From: Squalus acanthias
Lineage: Eukaryota
DNA length: 64,000 bases
Direction of reading: 5' to 3'
Assembly (NCBI GenBank): GCA_030390025.1
Contig: CM059425.1
Location: 167,154,001-167,218,000 of the forward strand
The notes under the pieces are model-generated. The model was not told the DNA's origin and did not search any database. It saw nothing but the letters and a program-made list of their open reading frames with translations. A program made the translations under genes and the position numbers. How positions within the stretch are numbered: the stretch's first letter is position 1; each line of letters opens with the position of its first letter. Positions 60,388 through 64,000 of the stretch are shown here, one piece after another.

Positions 60388-62623
60388 TTAAAAACAGAAA
60401 ATGCTGCAAACACTCAGCAGGTCAGGCAGCATCTGTGGAGAGAGAAACAGAGTTAACGTTTCAGGTTGATGACCTTTCGTCAGAACTGGAAAAAGTTAAG
60501 AGATATAACAGGTTTTAAGCAAGTGTAGGGGCAGGGAAATGGGAGAGGGGAGCAAAGAACAAAAGGGAAGGTCTGAGATAGGGTGGAAGACCCAGGAAAG
60601 ATTAAATGACAAAAGGGATGATGGTGCAAGGCGAAAGGAGATGGTAATGATCCAAGTAAACAAACAAAAGATGGGTCTAGAAGAGGTGTAAATGAGAGTA
60701 GCAGAATCATCAACAGCTGCCGTCTGAAAAAATGGGGGCGGAGGTTATGATCTGAAATTGTTGAACTCAATGTTGAGTCCGGAAGGCTGTAAAGTGCCTA
60801 ATCGAAAGATGAAGTGCTGTTCCTCGAGCTTATGTTGAGCTTCATTGGAACAGAGTAGGAGGCCGAGGACAGAGAGGTCAGAGTGGGAGTGGGGCGGTGA
60901 ATTAAAGTGACAGGCGAACAGAAACTCGGGGTCACACTTGCAGACTGAATGGAGGTGTTCCGCAAATCGGTCACCCAATCTGCATTTGGCCTCCCCATTG
61001 TAGAGGAGACCGCATCGTGAGCAGCGAATACAGTACACTAAATTAAAATAATACAAGTAAATCACTTTTCACCTGGAAGTAATGTTTGGGGCCCTGGACG
61101 GTGGGAAGGGAAGAGGTAAAAGGACAGATGTTACATATCCTGTGTTTGCACGGAAGGTGCCGTGGGAAGGGAAGGGGGTGTTGAGGGTGATTGAGGAGTG
61201 GACCAGGGTGTTGTGGAGGGAACGGTCCTTTCGGAATGCTGAAAGAGGAGGGGAGGTGAGAGGAAGGGAAGATGTGTTTGGTGGTGGGATCACGCTGGAG
61301 GTGGCGGAAATGGCGGAGATGATCCATTGAATGTGGAGGCTGGTGGGGTGGAAGGTGAGGACAGGGGGAACTCTATCATGGTTCTGGGAGGGAGGGGAAG
61401 GGGTGAGAGCAGAACTGCGGAAAATGGAACAGACACGGTCGAGGGCCCTGTCAACCATGGTGAAGGGGAATCCTCGGTTGAGAAAAAAGGAAGACATATC
61501 GGAAGCACTGATATGGAAGGTGGCATCATCAGAACAGATGCGACGGAGATGGAGAAACTGGGAGAATGGAATAAAGTCCTGACAGGAAGCAGGGTGGGAG
61601 GAAGTGTAGTCCAGGTAGCTGTGGTAGTCAGTGGGCTTATAGTGAATATTGATCGATAGCCTATTCCAAGAAATGGAGACAGAGAAGTCGTGGAAGGGAA
61701 GAGAAGAGTCGGAGATGGACCATGTGAAGGTGAGGGAAGGGTGGAAATTGGAAGCAAAGTTGATGAAATTTTCAATTCGGGGCAAGAGCAGGAAACGGTA
61801 ATGATACAGTCATCAATGTACCAGAAAAAGAGGTGAGGGAGGGGGCCTGAGTAGGACTGGAACAAAGAATGTTCTCTATATCCCACTGAAAGGCAGGCAT
61901 AGCTAGGACCCATGTGGGTTCCCATAGCAACACATTTTAGCTGGAGGATGTGAGTGGAGTCAAAAGAGAAGTTGTTCAACGTGAGAACAAGTTCAGCCAG
62001 GCAGAGGAGGATGGTGTTGAATGGGGACTGGTTGGGCCTCTGTTCAAGGAAGAAGTGGAGATCCCTCAGGCTGTCCTGGTGGGGGATGGAAGTGTTGAGG
62101 GATTAGATGTCCATGGTGAAAAGGAGACGGTTAGAGTCAGGAAACTGGAAACTGTTAAGTTGGCGGAGGGCGTCAGAAGAGTCACGGATGTAGATGGGAA
62201 GAGACAGAACAGGGGAGAAAAAATAGAGTCAAGATAGGAAGAAATAAGTTCCGCTGGCCAAGAACAGGCTGAAACGATGGGTCTACCAGGACAGTCCTGT
62301 TTGTGGATCTTGGTAAGGAGGTAGAAGCAGGCAGTGTAGGGTTGGGGGACTATGAGGTTGGAAGCCATGAAGGGAAGATCTCCAGTGGAGGTGAGGTCAG
62401 TGACAATCTTGGAAATGATGGCTTGATGTTCGGTAGTGGGGTCATGGTCCAGGGGGGAGGTAGGAGGAGGTGTCAGAGTTGCCGTTCAGCTTCCGCAAGG
62501 TTGAAGTTGGTTTGCCAAACAACAAAGGTCATCGACTGAAACGTTAATTCTGTTTCTCTCTCCACAGATATTTACAGCATTTTCTGTTCAGATTTCAGAT
62601 TTTCAGCATCTGCAGTATTTTGC
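60388..62623 (-). mobile_element. Penelope-like retroelement (RT plus GIY-YIG), decayed, with an inverted partial terminal repeat at 62525-62623
   Basis: KIHKQDCPGRPIVS, AMGTHMGPSYACL, YIDD, and NLVYCIRCSRCGLLYNGE...RLGDRFAEH motifs; many frameshifts. Confidence 0.92.
60451..60487 (-). ncRNA. Minimal type I hammerhead ribozyme motif, canonical core
   Basis: AGTT CTGACGA AAGGT CATCA ACCT GAAAC GTT AACT: helix I AGUU/AACU, helix II AGGU/ACCU, palindromic AACGUU in place of helix III. Confidence 0.7.
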
Positions 62624-62649
62624 TGCTGCTGCTGATATTGATCTTGTTG

Positions 62650-63480
62650 GTGATAGCAGCAAAGAGATCTTGCTGTAGGAAGTGCAGCAGAGGAGGGAAG
62701 TACTATTTTTCCACCATGGCTATATAGTTTCCTAGGCTATGGGCAGAAGAGCATGGTAAAAGGTGCCCACTGGATCCTCTTATTTATGCTCTGAACCAGC
62801 TACTGCTAGCATGATCTCTTACCTACAATGCATGCATTCCTTCGCTTTCTTGCACCTTTCCATAGGTATCCATGATGCTCCTCTGTGCACTTTCCTGTGG
62901 TGCATTTCACTGGTGCACAAGTTTAACCTGAATTGGGACTTTGTTGTCAGCAAAGAAAGATTAAATTCCCCTTTGTCCCTTCTCAGCACATTCCTGAAGG
63001 ACTGTATTCAGGCTGGAGTTGGCATCCATCAATATTAGTCAATAATTTGGATAGATGCCCTTGAATCTTCCAATTAATACACTCAAAATTCCCTCTGGAT
63101 CTGTTCATCACCTTATCCGACGTTAACTTGCAGTTCAAGATGCACCAGATCCACAGATAAGCCTGCCAGCAATAAAATATTATTTGTGAAAAGATGTGCC
63201 GCAGCAGTTTCAGAAGTGGCCAGAACAGGCACTTTTGGCAGGACTTTTCACCATCCCACCATCATGACCACCACCCAGTTTCATGGGTCAGGGGTCACGT
63301 AATATGCAGAACAGGCTCTTGGTAGGATTCTCACTGCCAAGAAACAGCCCACCATTGCAGAAGAAGAGAACCCAGTCGTGTTGCAGCAGGTCTGCCACTA
63401 CAGCACTAAAAGAGCCCCAAAGATTAAGAAACCTACCAGATTGTAAGCCTAGAGCAAGGCCAAGGCCTACAAAAGTGAGG
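62650..63480. mobile_element. Possible very old Harbinger remnant
   Basis: EVQQRREVLF on + near 62680 resembles Myb exon 1, with weak transposase-like sequence on -. Seen by eye only. Confidence 0.3.
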
Positions 63481-64000
63481 AGCAAATTCTGGGTTTTATC
63501 GTTGCTACTCTGGGCCTACCACCACCTTACTCCAGGCAGTCACCCAGGGAGCAGCAGTAAAAGGGAGGAACAGCAGCAGAGTCAGCCAGGAAGCCGAGAC
63601 TGATGTACTCGACAGCATTTTCATACAGTGGCTAGGAAGGGGTGGCCAACAGTAGTCCTGGCAGGGCGAGAAAAGGGAAATGCAACTCAGTGTGGCATCA
63701 TGGAGTTGGTCTTACTGCCTGATTTTGCCCCCTTTCCACCGCTATCACAGATAGTGGAAGAAAATCAAGCCCGTGATGCGATCCAACACATCATTGATGA
63801 AGACATTGAAAAGCATGGATGAGAATGGGTAACCTTGCTTCTTTTCAGAGATATAAATTTAGTGATTCTCTCATCTACCCTTTAAAAGGTCTTGGAACAC
63901 AAAATGTGATTACAAAGAATTCACTGAAAGTATCCATTCAATCAACAAGATTAATTAAATACTAGGATGCACCTCAAGGACATCTGATAGCAAGTAAAAG

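Overview
A eukaryotic (vertebrate) window made almost entirely of transposable elements separated by AT-rich unique DNA. I could not identify any host protein-coding gene with confidence. The mix of CR1 and L2 LINEs, tRNA-headed SINEs with L2-like tails, GIY-YIG Penelope-like elements and many PIF/Harbinger copies suggests a cartilaginous fish; this is an inference. The main feature is an apparently intact autonomous PIF/Harbinger DNA transposon at 33218-37499. It has 12-bp TIRs and a TTT target-site duplication, which is confirmed because removing the element restores the reading frame of the L2 it landed in. It encodes an uninterrupted 386-aa DDE transposase and a convergent three-exon Myb/SANT-like gene (predicted 486 aa) that the ORF track splits into pieces. 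Around it lie several decayed Harbinger copies with the same exon structure, plus related MITEs; one MITE (41040-41756) closely shares the intact element's right end. Penelope-like terminal repeats carry minimal hammerhead-ribozyme motifs, one of them in a 202-bp unit flanked by a 15-bp TSD. Other items are multi-level nested insertions, a MITE palindrome with a consensus splice donor on both strands, and a ~3.45-kb CT-rich tract. Repeat family names come from motif recognition, not database searches, and boundaries of decayed elements are approximate.
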